A stretch of 64,000 nt of DNA from Antedon mediterranea (Eukaryota > Animalia > Echinodermata): NCBI RefSeq assembly GCF_964355755.1, contig NC_092670.1, positions 2,594,201 to 2,658,200 of the forward strand. The letters are read 5' to 3'. Below, piece by piece: positions 13,101 to 27,227 of the stretch. Each line of letters begins with the position of its first letter. Positions within the stretch are counted from its first letter, which is position 1. Made by a program: the position numbers and the translations under genes. Below the pieces are notes generated by a model. The model saw nothing but the letters and a program-made list of their open reading frames with translations. It was not told the DNA's origin and made no database searches.

Positions 13101-16100
13101 GTGGTTTGATTGATTTATATTTTTAATATATATTTACAATTCTGAACCGATTGAAGCTCCAGTGCGTTTGCGTGTGGCATTTCAATTAAACAATTCATAC
13201 AATTGTCTTGACTTGTTTTGAACAAATAAACTTTCCTTTTAAAGCATTTAATAATTCAGATCTGTGTATTTTTCACATGTTGGGTTGTATTAGGTATCCC
13301 AATGAAAAAATTCAGATTAATTTTTTTACCTTTTCTTTCAGTTAACCATAAAGAACTTAATGTAATTAGCATTTTGCAATTTAAATGATTGAAATCCGAT
13401 TACCCGTTCTAAAGTTATGGTTATTTAAAGTGTTAAAAAATATACGATTTTTTGCCTAAAAATTGTGTTTTTTGCAGTTAAAATTGGAAGCATTTTTAAA
13501 AGGTTATATAACTTTTACAATAATTAGTTAAAAGTTTTGAATTTTGTTAAACCTATAGATATCACAGAGTTGTACAACTCTATTTTTTTTGGAGCCTCAA
13601 CGAAACCTATTTTTAAAATTATTGGTCCGCGAAGTGGTAGGAAAGCATTTAGCGCCCATTTTTGCTGGAATTCCCTAAAAAAATGAAAAAACTGCAATTT
13701 TTCAATGATCTGTAACTTTTGAACTACTGTGCTAATTCATTTAATTTTTTTTGTACTCGTTAGAATGTAGTGTATTTGTATATATCCAAAGATGTTAAAT
13801 TTTACTGGCTTTTTATGTAAAATTTTGAATCCAATAAAAATTATTCAGTTGATTTGGTTACTTAATATTTTTTCACGATATTTTTTTACTGTATAATTGT
13901 ATCACTATTATTATTATCATCACCATATGTTTTTCGCTTTTCGCTTATTCCAGATCCTGTTTGAATTGTCTGCCTTCAACTGTATAGTAGTTTAGAAATT
14001 AAAAACACTTTTATATACATTTAGGTTGATGGTTTCTTGGATTCTCTATTAAACTATGATAAAGAAAACATTCCTGATGGCTCATTAAAAGCTGTACAAG
14101 AGTATCTCAACAACCCTGAGTTTAAGCCTGACCTCATCAAGTCTAAATCTGCTGCTGCAGCTGGTCTCTGCTCATGGGCAGTAAACATTGTTACGTTCTA
14201 CAATGTGTTCTGCGATGTGGAACCAAAAAGGAATGCATTGAACAAGGCTAATGCTGAGTTAACTGCTGCGCAAGACAAACTGGCTATTATCACGGCTAAG
14301 ATTGCTGTAAGTTTGATATATTCTTTATTCCCACAACCAACAGTGCAAAGCAACAATGACAGGCTAAACAAAATATACACACTTAAAAACACAATTAAGG
14401 TAAAACTTATATAATAATCATCACGAACGCTGAACATCATGCGACATAGCGCACTTAACAACAATCAGAGCGATTATTAACCAAAGTGTACATAGACTTA
14501 TTTATTTTTTATTTTCGTATCATTTTCTATAATATCATTCAACATACAATATCATCATTTTGTTATAAAAGTCTTTAAAATTGCTGTAACATTTGATCAG
14601 AAATATTATACTATAATATCAAAGTTTGTAAATCCACTATTTTTATCCAACACCCAACAAGTATCAATATTAAGTTTTTAAATGTTAGATGATTCAGTAC
14701 ATCTTAATAATAACAAGCATTGTAATTATCATTTAATGTTAGGAATTGGATGCTAACTTGGCTAAATTAACAGCTGATTTTGAGGAAGCAACATCCGCCA
14801 AGTTGAAGTGCCAGCAAGAAGCAGAGTCCACTGCTAGAACCATCACGTTAGCTAACAGGCTTGTTGGTGGCCTAGCCTCTGAAAATGTCCGTTGGGCTGA
14901 GGCTGTAGCAGGATTTAAAGAGCAGGAAAAAACTCTTCGTAAGTAATTAAATTAACTTTCCCCATTTTTGTTTAACCCTCTCACTCTCCCTTTTGTAATT
15001 GGTTTATCTTGTTGGAGCTTGTCTTGTTATATTATATTTCCAGTCTTTGCTTACATTTCACGTTTCTTTTCAATTTTAATAAAAATATTCATTTATGAGT
15101 AAAACATCATTCTTTCATCTAACTTGTTAATCTTGTTTCTTTTTCCAGCTGGTGATGTGCTGTTGACAACCGGCTTTGTGTCGTACATGGGATGTTTCAG
15201 TAAATCTTACCGTATTGATCTCATTGAGAAGATGTGGTTGCCATTCCTAAAGAGCCAAAAGGTATGTGCTATGTACAAAAGATATTGACAGTATAGTTTA
15301 TAATATGTGCATGAAGGGGCACCATTTTAAAAAGTGAGCACCTGTGACCTAAGGTCTACAAAAAATTCATATTTGCTATCTTTCAGTAACATTTAACTAA
15401 ATGTCTGTCTTTCAAAAAATAAAAATGTATTAAATATAATATTACTAATACTACTAACTAACAATTATATATATTATTTATTCTAGGTTCCTATTCCAAT
15501 AACTGAAGGGATAGATCCATTGTCACTTCTTACAGACGATGCTGCTGTTGCTCTTTGGAACAACGAAGGTCTGCCAAGTGATCGCATGTCAACAGAAAAC
15601 GCAACCATTTTGACCAACTGTGAACGCTGGCCTTTAATGGTTGACCCACAGCTACAGGGTATCAAATGGATAAAGAGCAAGTACGGAGACGGTCTACGAG
15701 TCGTGCGACTTGGTCAGCGTGGTTATCTGGACACGATTGAGCAAGGAATATCGAATGGAGATACGGTGCTGATTGAGAATATGATGGAGAGTGTGGATCC
15801 TGTACTGGATCCTCTATTGGGAAGAAATACTATCAAGAAAGGAAGGTAAGAGATTTATCAAGAAATCAATATAAAATGTTTTTAGATTAACGTTATTCCT
15901 GTCAAACCAATTACTTTATTATATAAATAAACGTGTTAGTCTCATCAGAAATAGATAATACATCATCACCTTGCAGCATCTTCATTCCAGTTTGGATAAT
16001 ACCAACAGCTAAAAAAGGAGAATCTTGTAGAAGGAAAGAGTTGCACTGAAATATAAAAAAATACTTTATTTGTTTATAAATTATAGATACATCAAGATTG

Positions 16101-19100
16101 GTGACAAAGAGGTTGAGTACAACCCAGAGTTCCGTCTAATCTTACAGACTAAGCTAGCTAATCCTCATTACAAACCAGAGATGCAAGCCCAAACAACACT
16201 GATCAACTTCACTGTCACCAGAGACGGTCTTGAAGACCAGTTGTTGGCACAGGTTGTTGCGCAAGAAAGACCAGATCTTGAAGCTCTTAAGGTATAAGAA
16301 CACTGGTTGAAAATAATTCAGCTTACTTGTAGTACTCAAACCAACTGACACAATCTCAAATACTTTGTTAGAGATAGTCTAGAAAATTTGCTATTGTCAT
16401 TCTATAAAGAATTTGAGAAGAATAATATTATAAATATTGATGCTTTCTACTGCATAGTAAACCTTGAATGAACCTGTTAGAGCCAGTCTAGTATCAAACC
16501 AAACCTTACAGTTAAATATGTCTCAAGGTGCAAGGTATATGGTTTCACCCATCACATCTAATGACACAGGACAAACACACACAGTTGATTGATGTATTTT
16601 TTCTCCAAATTGTTAGTTGGATTTGACGAAGCAACAGAACGACTTCAAGATTGTCCTCAAAGAGCTTGAAGACAATCTCCTCTCCCGACTGTCATCTGCA
16701 GAAGGCAACTTCCTTGGTGATACAGCTCTAGTGGAGAATCTGGAAACAACCAAACGAACTGCAGCGGAGATTGAGGTGAAGGTGACGGAAGCGAAAACAA
16801 CAGAAGTGCAAATCAACGAAGCAAGAGAACACTACAGACCTGCTGCTGCAAGAGCATCTCTCCTCTACTTCATTCTGAACGATCTTAACAGGATCAATCC
16901 AATGTATCAATTCTCTCTTAAGGTAATAGAATTTTGTAGTTGTTTTGTTCTATATAAGTTGGAAATTATTTACACAAAGCAAGTATCTCAAACAAGGATG
17001 TAGTGTCATATAGAAAGAATTGAATCTGTAAACCTCATAATTTGATAAGATTTATATTTTATACAGTTGAAATGTTTAAAAAAGTGTATTGAAACGTAGC
17101 ATTTTGAGGATTATTGTGTTTGTGATTATTTAGCTCATTGCTTCAATGCCAGGGTCATGAGTTCAAATCATACCAGAATCTGTCTTATCAAAGCAGCACT
17201 ACTATCCAAGACTCCTGACAACACTTACATTTTATAGTGAACTAATATCTCTGTGCATGCTTTAAGTAAAGGTCTAATTCTTTAATGTGTTCTTTCTTTC
17301 AGGCTTTTAATGTTGTGTTCGCACAATGCTGCATTACTATCTAAGGCTCCTGATCTCATTATTTAATTGTCTTTTTTGCAGGCTTTCAGTGTTGTGTTCG
17401 CACATGCCATCAGCAAAGCTGAGCCTGCTGAGGAAGTAAAGCAACGTGTTGGAAACCTGATTGATTTCATCACATACTCTGTGTTCATGTACACATCTCG
17501 TGGTCTCTTTGAACAAGACAAACTTATTTTCACTGCTCAAGTCGCCTTCCAGGTGTGTAGATTATGTTTTGTTTTCATCCAATTTCCCATTTATGTTTAA
17601 TCTCATGGTACCAAACCTTACTATTTCAAAGAAAAATACAAATAGTGTTTTTTTAAAACTCAATAAGGTGTTTTTTAAATGAAAGTACAGCTGTGGGCTA
17701 ATAAAACTATCTGTTGTGCCAGTTCTCGTGTTATTATGTTCTGTATCAGAAAAAATTCTGACAAAAATCCACATTTTTAATGTTCCTTGTAGCCATCACT
17801 TGTTCAACTTTTTCATATTAAAAGTAATAATGTCTTTGTAACTATAATATTATTATTTAATATAGGTGTTATTGATGAAGAAAGAGATCAACCCATTGGA
17901 GCTGGAGTTCCTGCTAAGATTCCCATCACAAATGAATGTCACCAGTCCAGTTGACTTCCTTTCAAACAACTCTTGGGGTGCAATCAAGGTATGCCACTAT
18001 ATTCTCTATTTATTTTTTGCTAATACTAATCATTTTAAGTTTATGGTGATAAAGTAGTGTTGATGGTGTAGTGTAGTATGTTACTGCCCTAATTATAATA
18101 CACAAAGAGATATTCTACTTGTAAGCGCTAACTCAATTATTGAGGATATCTTAGCCCAGGATTTTTCTTTAACATTTAATTTTACATTTTTAAGTGAAAT
18201 TTTTATTTTTGGTTCCGATCTTCTTTCGAATTGTGAAAATGCTTTATTATTTTATTATGTACAACAATTTCTTGTTAATTCTGGAAGATTCAATTGATGT
18301 TTCTGTTAGTCGTTTTAAAATGTTGTATTTGTTAATCTGAGGCGCCTTGAAGCTAAGATGGTTCCATCTTGTAAGGCGCCTCTGTGTAATATACTGAATA
18401 AAAAAAAAAAAAAAAAAAAAAAAGTAGTGTTGATGAATTTTAGGAAATCTCTTTGTAATTTTATTCACGTATTTAGTAGCAAGTTAAGATCTCTTTTTTT
18501 TCTCTCTTTTTTGTATTCATTGTATAATTGTATGTAAATCAAAATGTAAACCAAGCAATCAAATCTCATTTGCACCTCATTGTTAAAATGAATAAATAGT
18601 ATCGTATTGTACATATTTAGTTGCCTGATTTGACTTTAATCCTAATTCTCTTCAGTCCCTGTCTGGTATGGAAGAATTCCGAAACTTGGATCGTGACATT
18701 GAAGGTTCTGCAAAACGTTGGAAGAAATTTGTAGAGAGTGAATGCCCAGAGAAGGAGAAGTTCCCACAAGAATGGAAGAACAAGTCATCGCTACAGAAGC
18801 TATGTATGATGAGGGCGCTCCGACCAGACAGGATGACATACGCTGTCAGGTATGGTGTTAAGTTTTTTTAATGAAATATATCATATCTTAATTCAATTAT
18901 AAATTTACATTGTTTTATAAATTTTAATTTTTTAAAGTAATAAGTTGATATTTGATTCATTTTAGTAACTTCATTGAAGAGAAACTTGGTGCTCAGTACA
19001 CAGAAAATCGTGCTGTTGAGTTTTCCAAATCATTTGAAGAAACCGGTCCAGAAACACCTGTCTTCTTTATTCTATCCCCTGGTGTTGACCCGTTGAAGGA

Positions 19101-22100
19101 CGTGGAAGCGTTGGGTAAGAAGATTGGCTGGACATTTGACCAGGGTAACTTTCACAATGTGTCTTTGGGTCAAGGTCAGGAAATCGTGGCTGAACAGTGT
19201 ATGGATTTGGCAGCTAAAGAAGGCCATTGGGTCATTTTACAGGTAAGGTATCTTTATATTTGTTTCAATGCAGTTATATATTTTTTTACAGTATCTTTGA
19301 CACTGATCTGAATTTTTGGTGACAATCAGGATGTGACTGTCACATACTTATTTTGACATATTTTTACATCACTGTTATTATACACAGAACATCCATTTGG
19401 TTGCCAAATGGCTTTCGACATTAGAAAAGAAGCTGGAAGCATACAGCTATGGTAGTCATAAAGATTACAGAGTGTTCATGAGTGCTGAGCCCTCAGGCAC
19501 ACCAGAGTCGCACATCATACCTCAAGGTATATTGGAGTCTTCCATCAAGATCACAAACGAACCGCCAACTGGCATGCACGCAAATCTACATAAGGCTCTT
19601 GACAACTTTAATCAGGTAATTTTTTTTTCTCATATCTCAACATCATTATGTTTGTATAATTAAACACCCCTTGCGATTAATAAAATTGTCCAAACCAGAA
19701 TCTGCTTTACTGTACAAGCAACTTTATTTTTGTGTGTAAAAATATTATCTATAAAACAAAATAGAGAATTAAACACTTACCTGAATAAACTGACAAACAA
19801 ACTGACTAAAAAATTAGTACACCCCTTTAGGATTAATGGTTTATGCCACATTTTTATCATAAAATTATCAATTGCAGGATACACTTGAGATGTGCTCCCG
19901 TGAGGCAGAGTTCAAGAGCATTCTCTTTGCCCTCTGTTACTTCCATGCAGTCGTCGCAGAGCGTCGTAAGTTTGGACCACAGGGCTGGAACAGAGTCTAT
20001 CCATACAACACTGGAGACTTGACAATCTCTGTCAATGTACTCTATAATTATCTTGAAGCAAATGCTAAGGTTTGTAAAAATCTTTTATTGAACCTATTGT
20101 AACTGTCATATCTTTATCTAAATAAACTGATCTTTAATTGTTGTAATTCTAATTCATGATTTAATGGGTGCATTTGCTTAAAGCACTAAAAGGCAAAACA
20201 TATTTATCCTATTTTTTTTATATTTGTTTAAAGTTATTATTCAGCAATAAAGAGTAAATATGTAAGAAACTACAGTATTATTTATATTACTAAGAAACTA
20301 TATATTACTAAGAAACTTACTTCTATGCATCCTAATTGACAGATTGGTTTAATTTTTTGTGTGCTTGTTACAGGTCCCATGGGAAGATCTACGTTATCTC
20401 TTTGGTGAAATCATGTACGGAGGTCACATCACAGATGACTGGGACAGGAGACTCTGCCAAACTTATCTTGAAGTGTATATGCATGTTGATATGGTAAGAT
20501 TCCGTCAAAATATATCTTATTACTCTTCCAGTCAACTTTTGGAATGCTCTTATGTGATGTCTATTTTTTCTGTCATCAATGCCATAGCCTTGTCAAGTCA
20601 AAATTTACAAATACAGAAAATATATCTTTTTTAATAGTACAGCATCATGATCACTCTATGTATTTCATGTTTTGTATTACATCCCTGAATCATAACAACT
20701 AATTATTACATCTATTCAATATCTTTGCAGCTTGACGGTGAATTGTACCTCGCCCCTGGTTTCCCAGTGCCTGGTAACTCAGACTACAAAGCATATCACA
20801 CTTACATTGACGAGATGCTCCCAGCGGAAAGTCCATATCTGTACGGACTTCATCCTAACGCAGAAATTGGATTCCTTACGACTACATCAGATAACTTGTT
20901 CAAGACAGTACTGGAGATGCAGCCGAGAGACAGTAGCGGAGGCGGTGGGGGCGCTAGTAGCAGAGAGGAAAAGGTGATTGTTTTATTATAACTTAAATTC
21001 AACATTATTTGTAAACTAAGGATTAACCCTAGTGTTGTAACAAAATGGATTAAAACCTAGGAACCTGATATTGGAAAGCAAACACTTCAGTGTCATTTTT
21101 CAATCTTAGAAAAGTCATTTATTTATTTTCTGCTGAATACTGTAATCAAGTTAAATTGCTTTGCTTATTTATGGCATGCATATATTTTCTTCTGGTTTTC
21201 TTTTAAATGACTTTTTATTCTCTCCAGATAAAATCTTTACTAGATGAAATCATTGAGAAGTTACCAGAAGAGTTCAACATCATGGAACTGGCAGCAAAGG
21301 TTGAGGAAAGATCACCATATGTTGTGGTTGCCTTCCAAGAATGTGAACGTATGAATACGTTGACCAATGAGATTAGACGCACACTTAAGGAACTTGATCT
21401 TGGACTTAAGGTAAATATTATTATTGTCTTATAATTACCTTGGTTGGGACAGTTTTGAATGGGAATTCTTAATTTAAAAGCTTGTGCCCTAAACCTTGTA
21501 ATGCTTAATGTTTTCCTTGATGGCTACTGCCAATACCAGTTTTAATTCCAAGATGAAAAATACACCCAACAATTGTAAAACTTTATAATTTTAAAAAGGT
21601 ACTGCATCATTTTTAGCACAGTAACTGGTTTTGTATTGGTTTATTCAAAATAACCTTTGCCTTATATTTATGTTGTAGTTTTCTTCTTCATCCAGGAGGA
21701 GCTAAAGTTGTTTTAATTGTTATTTTAATTTGTGTTATAGGGTGAACTGACAATCACTGCAGATATGGAAGATCTCAGCAATGCTCTGTACCTTGATCAG
21801 GTACCAGCCTCATGGATGAAACGTGCCTACCCTAGCTTATTTGGCCTAGGCCAATGGTATACTGATCTACTACTACGTATCAAAGAGCTTGAAAGCTGGA
21901 CGTCAGACTTTGCATTACCAAATGTAGTCTGGCTTGCAGGCTTCTTCAACCCTCAGTCGTTCCTGACAGCCATTATGCAGTTGATGGCACGTAAGAATGA
22001 ATGGCCACTAGACAAGATGTGTTTACAGTGCGACGTGACAAAGAAAAATAAGGAAGATTTCAGCAGCGCACCTCGTGAGGGCGCTTACGTACATGGCTTG

Positions 22101-22358
22101 TTCATGGAAGGTGCACGATGGGATATTCAAACAGGTATGATAGCTGATGCACGTTTGAAGGAACTCACCCCTGCGATGCCAGTAATCTTTATCCGGGCTA
22201 TCCCTGTTGATAAGCAAGAGACGCGAAACATTTACGAGTGTCCAGTGTACAAGACTAAGATACGAGGACCGACGTTTGTTTGGACTTTCAACTTGAAGTC
22301 CAAAGAGAAGGCTTCAAAATGGGTTCTTGCTGGTGTTGCTCTTCTACTGTCTTCGTAG
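1184..22358 (+). CDS. DNAH9/11/17: Axonemal outer-arm dynein beta heavy chain (DNAH9/DNAH11/DNAH17 group), 3' portion, ~38 GT-AG exons; one exon interrupted by a transposon at 5010-6563
   Basis: Collinear exons encode AAA1 ([10 protein letters not shown]; [10 protein letters not shown]), AAA2 (GNAGTGKT; [24 protein letters not shown]), AAA3 (GNAGLGKS), AAA4 ([10 protein letters not shown]), stalk and MTBD (12205-14938), AAA5 ([11 protein letters not shown]), AAA6 and C-terminus ...[12 protein letters not shown] (TAG ends 22358). First visible exon 1184-1417, last 21741-22358. The 5' half is outside the window; the specific paralogue cannot be resolved by eye. Confidence 0.95.
2407..2557. mobile_element. 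PIF/Harbinger(Tourist)-like MITE, left TIR truncated
   Basis: GTCTACACTATCAAAC...GTTTGATAGTGTAGACAGAGCT; same family as 9170, 23050 and 23683. Confidence 0.75.
3680..3822 (+). mobile_element. SINE 3' fragment (Nin/Meta-domain-like), intronic
   Basis: CCCGAGTCTACTCAGCTGTAAA...GGAACTGGCCACCCTACC...TTACCTTTAC tail resembles remembered invertebrate SINE domains; recognition from memory only. Confidence 0.4.
5010..6563 (+). mobile_element. Non-autonomous hAT-like DNA transposon, copy 2 (1,554 bp), inside a dynein coding exon
   Basis: TIRs CAGGGGTGGCGCCAG / CTGGCGCCACCACTG (14/15 match); 8-bp TSD ACCCCAGC at 5002-5009 and 6564-6571; GC-rich subterminal CCCCGAC motifs; internal ~330-bp tandem duplication; no transposase ORF. 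Confidence 0.93.
9170..9313. mobile_element. PIF/Harbinger-like MITE
   Basis: TIR (G/A)GCTC(A/T)GTCTACACTATCAAACT; TTA on both sides. Confidence 0.8.
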
Positions 22359-23049
22359 GTTTTCATTCCTTTACAAAAATGTTTTAAAACTTTTGTGACT
22401 AAAGTTACCTAATTCATAAAACTCTGTGTAATGTTCATATACTACCAGGCCTTGTTATGGGAAACATTTGGAAACAAGTCCAGGTAAACACAACATCATC
22501 TAGTATATTATCTAGTATATTTATTATTATATATTTGATTGTTTATTGAAAATTTAATTTAAATTAAACATCATCTTTTTGCAAAATTGAGTGCAACTTA
22601 ACGATTGGAAAGTTTATAAAGTTTATAATCCAAATGTTTTCAACTATACCTATTGTATTATACTAATTCAATGATTATATAGAGCTAAAGCCACCACTCA
22701 AAGACATTGGTTTTCAAAGCATTCACTAAATATGTTTATATTTTTATTTTAAAAGTTAAATTCTATACTATACATTGTTGTAAAAAAATAAACAATACAT
22801 CCATTTATCAGTGCTTTCCCTCCATACATCCATTTATCAGTGCTTTCCGTCCATATTTGTCATCTATTTTTAACAACCTTTTTTGTATTTGTGCCAATAG
22901 ATAAATGTAATAACTATATATAATATATATAAAATAAAATATTATTTTTAGGTATTTTACCAAAATGGCAAAACAAACTACTAATTTTACTTGCATTGGA
23001 ATTAATATGCAATCTTCTTGCATAAAAACTTTAGAATTGCATTGTGTTA

Positions 23050-23189
23050 AGCTCTGTCTACACTATCAAACTTTATGTGACAAAAAAATGTGATGTGCCC
23101 ATATATGGACACGATGATGTCATATCACCACCATATTTAAGCACATCACATTTTTTTTGTCAAACTAGTTTGATAGTGTAGACAGAGCT
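23050..23189. mobile_element. PIF/Harbinger-like MITE
   Basis: Perfect TIR AGCTCTGTCTACACTATCAAACT; TTA TSD at 23047-49 and 23190-92. Confidence 0.85.
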
Positions 23190-23682
23190 TTAGCAAAGGA
23201 TTAGTCTTGGATTAAGAATAGCAGGGCCTCTTTTTGTCATCAAATCAATTTATGGATTCCATTTGATTCTGTTTGTGGGTGTCAACTATTCTGTCCATTT
23301 TATAATTTGTTTGTGGTATAAATACCAAAAAAAGTGTTCCGTCCATTATTATAAATACAATTTCTAAATTTAAGAGATTATAAAATGAAAAATATATTGA
23401 CATGTTCAAAACAATGTAATTTTCTATGAAGTGAAGATAATAAAATGATTTTGACAAAGTCTCTTTGGATAGTTTCCATCATTTATTTTGTTCTCATGTT
23501 GGATAATGACTATATAGAAGTAATTAATAATTACAACAAAGTACTTATTTGAATGGGTGACACATGGAATAATACTAATATGGATATGTTTTACTATTGC
23601 ATATCAAAGCCTACTTTTAGCACAATACCAATTAAAATAGTTCCTCTGTGTGACTTCACAAATAAGTACGAATGTCTACTTA

Positions 23683-23828
23683 AGATCTGTCTACACTATC
23701 AAATTTTATGTGAAAAAAAATGTGATGTGCCCATATATGGACATCATCACTACCATATTTGGGCAAATCACTACCATATTTGGGCACAACACACTGTTTT
23801 TGTCAAACCTGATGGGGTAGACAGAGCT
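23683..23828. mobile_element. PIF/Harbinger-like MITE (diverged)
   Basis: Same family TIR with mismatches; TTA flanks. Confidence 0.75.
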
Positions 23829-26112
23829 TTAAAATTACTGTCCAAATAGAATACAAGCTAGCACCAAATGCCTTGTTTGTGGGGGGAGTGTTCTGGAGAC
23901 CAGAGCCTCATCTCAATAGCCTACTTATAAATTATTCGGATAGAACAGATTTTTATTTTTTTAAATGTCATTAACAGAAAAAAAACATGTTATCAAAGAA
24001 AATCACAAATTATTTGGGGAAGAAGAAAAATTGCGGTACATGTTTTTAATCAAACAACCAATCAGAACAAAGATATGCAGCCACCATACAATGAGCTGAG
24101 CATGGTCATCATATTGTTCTGGTTCTGGTTGTGGGGACTGACTGAGTGTAGTGTGGTGGAAGAGAGTTAAGAATTGGCACAATTCAGCATCGTGAGCAAC
24201 TGAAAAACTGAAAAGGTAAGCCCTCTTGATATTAATAATGTTATTGTAACGTAAATTAAAAAACAGATTTTAAAGAGTCTAGCCCTGCTTACTTTGGTTT
24301 GCCACACATGATTACTAGCTGACCGTCATGAGTGCATGATGGATGGGTGCCAATGACCTACAGGGACCTACAGGGCTGGGCGTAGGAAACTACCATTTTC
24401 AACTCAGAGAATTTGTTTGATAAACGTAATTATTTTTGTTTACATTGTTCAGTATATTTGCTTATTTCAACATTGTTTTGTTTCTGGATGATCCCATTTT
24501 GTGAGTGTCAAGGATTCAAAGGTGTGATAAAATGTTGTCAACAAATAGATAAATCATTCTGATATTTAGATTAAGACTGCTTTCCCAAAAGGAAACGAGA
24601 ATTGTGTTAGCAAGTGTGGGAAATGACTGAGATTACTTTCTGTCCTGTGTCAAAACGTTAATGAATTAGGTCAAAGAACTTATAACACAAGAATCTCCTG
24701 TTCGTCCGAAGCGTGTAACATTTTCGAAATGCATTGTAGCAGTCGGAGAGCCGCGTTGGGAAATATGACCGTTATCGCGAAATTTTCAACTTCGCATGAC
24801 GTCATTAATTTTTTAAGCCCTCTCTCGGCACAGAGGCATCAACGTTTCGCCCGAAAACATTAGCATAAAGTATACGTCATTTTATAGCTGTTTAATAAAC
24901 ATTAATAGGCGAAAAATTAACCATATATGGTAAAGATCAGTTCCTTATATGTTTAAGAGGTCGCAGGTCACCTAATTTTCTGAATAATTTGTTGGATTTG
25001 TTGTCAGTGACAGTTTCTTTCCAAAGTTCGTGTGCAGCCGTCAAAGCTGAAGTTTTCTAACTTGTGTTTGTTTACAAATTTTCCATTAGTGGGATTTGCA
25101 TCCCATACAGTGAATTACCAAAAAATCGGCGTATATGGATAGAGTAAGTATCAATAGTCTGTTTTACGTTAAAATTGGCTTGAAACCCTATCCTCATTTC
25201 ACATAATTGTTACGTCTCGCGGCACTAGTTCCGTCGTGTGGTGCATGGTGTGTTGATTGTGGTTGTTGCAGGTGTGGGTGTACAGTGTGCACGACCTGGT
25301 GAATCGTTGTCGTAATATCGGCCTAGGCTTAGTAACTAATATGTTGATAATTAAAATACTTTAGTTACAATTTAGTATTATTAAAGTTTGGTTACAATCC
25401 TACTCTAGCGCCAATATCCTCATTATTGGCAACTGATGGATACAATTTATTTACTGTATTAATAATTATACAATAAATATACAGACACAAGGAAGTTTTG
25501 TGTTTAGTGCTTTTTTATGGTAGGCCTACAGTACAGTCATATTTTATGTTTTCAGGTTGTGGAATAATTATATAACTATACAGTATTTAAGAAAATGTTT
25601 TGGTCATAAGTGACAATTATTTAAATAGTTCTTTATATTTCAGCTATTCATTTTCATTTCAGGTTTTTTGTTGGTATCAGGACTCAACGATTTTCTATCT
25701 CGTTCTTCAATATGAGGTTGGACGGTGGAAGCTGTAAAGTGGTTTTCTCGATTTCAATATCATTGCTGATAGTTTTTCATTTTATTCGCTAATATAACAT
25801 ATAAATTTATATTCATTTAAGTTGCAGAAGTGTTTCAGATCAGTAAATTTTTATAAAGATATAAATTAAGTTGCAATTGATTGATTGATTTACTTTATTA
25901 ACCAGAGTCGCACAGATGCATACAATATAAACATAACACAATCATAAATCAGTACAACAGTAAGACTCAAGTAAAAATGATATCTCAAAAAGTACATATG
26001 GTGGCATATTTTATATTTACAGTATTAGGCCTAGCTAGTTTGTTATGTCTGATGAACAAGGTGCTATTAGAAGCAAGTTTTTATATACAGTAGTTGTATT
26101 TACTATTTGTAT

Positions 26113-27227
26113 CAGTGTTATGCGCGATTTGAACGATTTGCGCAATTTGAAATTGCGCAAAAAATTTCTTGCGCAATTTCAAATTGCGCAAGGAATTTTT
26201 TGCGCAATATCAAATTGCGCAAGAAAATCCTTGCGCAATTTCAAATTGCGCTGCACAATTTGTAAAATTTTCAAATTGCGCAGCAGAATTCTACCAGAAT
26301 GCGTGCTAACGTCGACGATCGGTTAACAATAATAATTTATTCGAAACTAATAACTCAAAATGAAACATAATAAATGCGAAGATAACATATGTATAATACA
26401 CAACATAAATGGCATACACAATTAAATAATATTATCACTCATTGTAACTTAAAATAAATCAAAATAAATGTAAAAATAACAAAAATTAATGTAGTACTGT
26501 AATACACAACATAGTCTACCGCCACCAACGTTTAGACTTGCTATCAAAACATAGCCAGTAGTAGCAAAGAACTTTTTCTTTGGTAGTAGGCTAGAGTAGT
26601 ATTAGCCGCCCGCCATGCACGTGCCCGCCGGGAACACCACCTTTGTGGTCCTTTGTCGGTTCTTCGACGGTATGCTAACAATAACAATATTTTCACTACT
26701 ACAAAAAATAAGGAAATGCGATATTATCTTTAATTTTGAATTCTTCTTAGTAATTACTATAAAAATATGAGTGTGCATGATTTCACAATCTGTCGAAAAA
26801 AACCTTGCGCAATTTGTAGATTACTTGCACAATTTAATACGTTGCTACGAAAGCCCATTAATGCCATTTTAAGTATATGTTTTTCGAACGTAATCCGTTC
26901 TAATTCGTTTGAACGGATTAATAATCTGTTCAAACGAATTAGTAATCCGTTCAAACGAATTGCAACATATACTTTAAATGGCACTTGTTGTATATGTTGC
27001 AATTCGTTTGAACGGATTACTAATTCGTTTGAACAGATTATTAATCCGTTCAAACGAATTACTAATTCGTTAGAACGGATTACGTTCGAAAAACATATAC
27101 TTAAAATGGCATTAATGGGCTTTCGTACATTGCTTGCGCAATTTGAAACAGATGTTTCAATTCAAATTGCGCAAGGAATTCTTTGTGCAATTTTAAATTG
27201 CGCAAATCGTTCAAATCGCGCATAACA
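26113..27227. mobile_element. hAT-like non-autonomous element with TTGCGCAA subterminal repeats
   Basis: Long TIR (CAG)TGTTATGCGCGATTTGAACGATTTGCGCAATTT; right terminus lacks CTG; no clear TSD. Confidence 0.65.
26846..27127. mobile_element. Near-perfect palindromic (foldback) MITE, TAC...GTA termini
   Basis: TACGAAAGCCCATTAATGCCATTTTAAGTATATG... is mirrored at the right end over almost the whole length; flanks CGTTGC/CATTGC. Confidence 0.8.

Noticed and set aside
1235-23457. Short antisense and intronic ORFs across the dynein locus
   Set aside because: Shadows of dynein exons or AT-rich noise with no domain signal.
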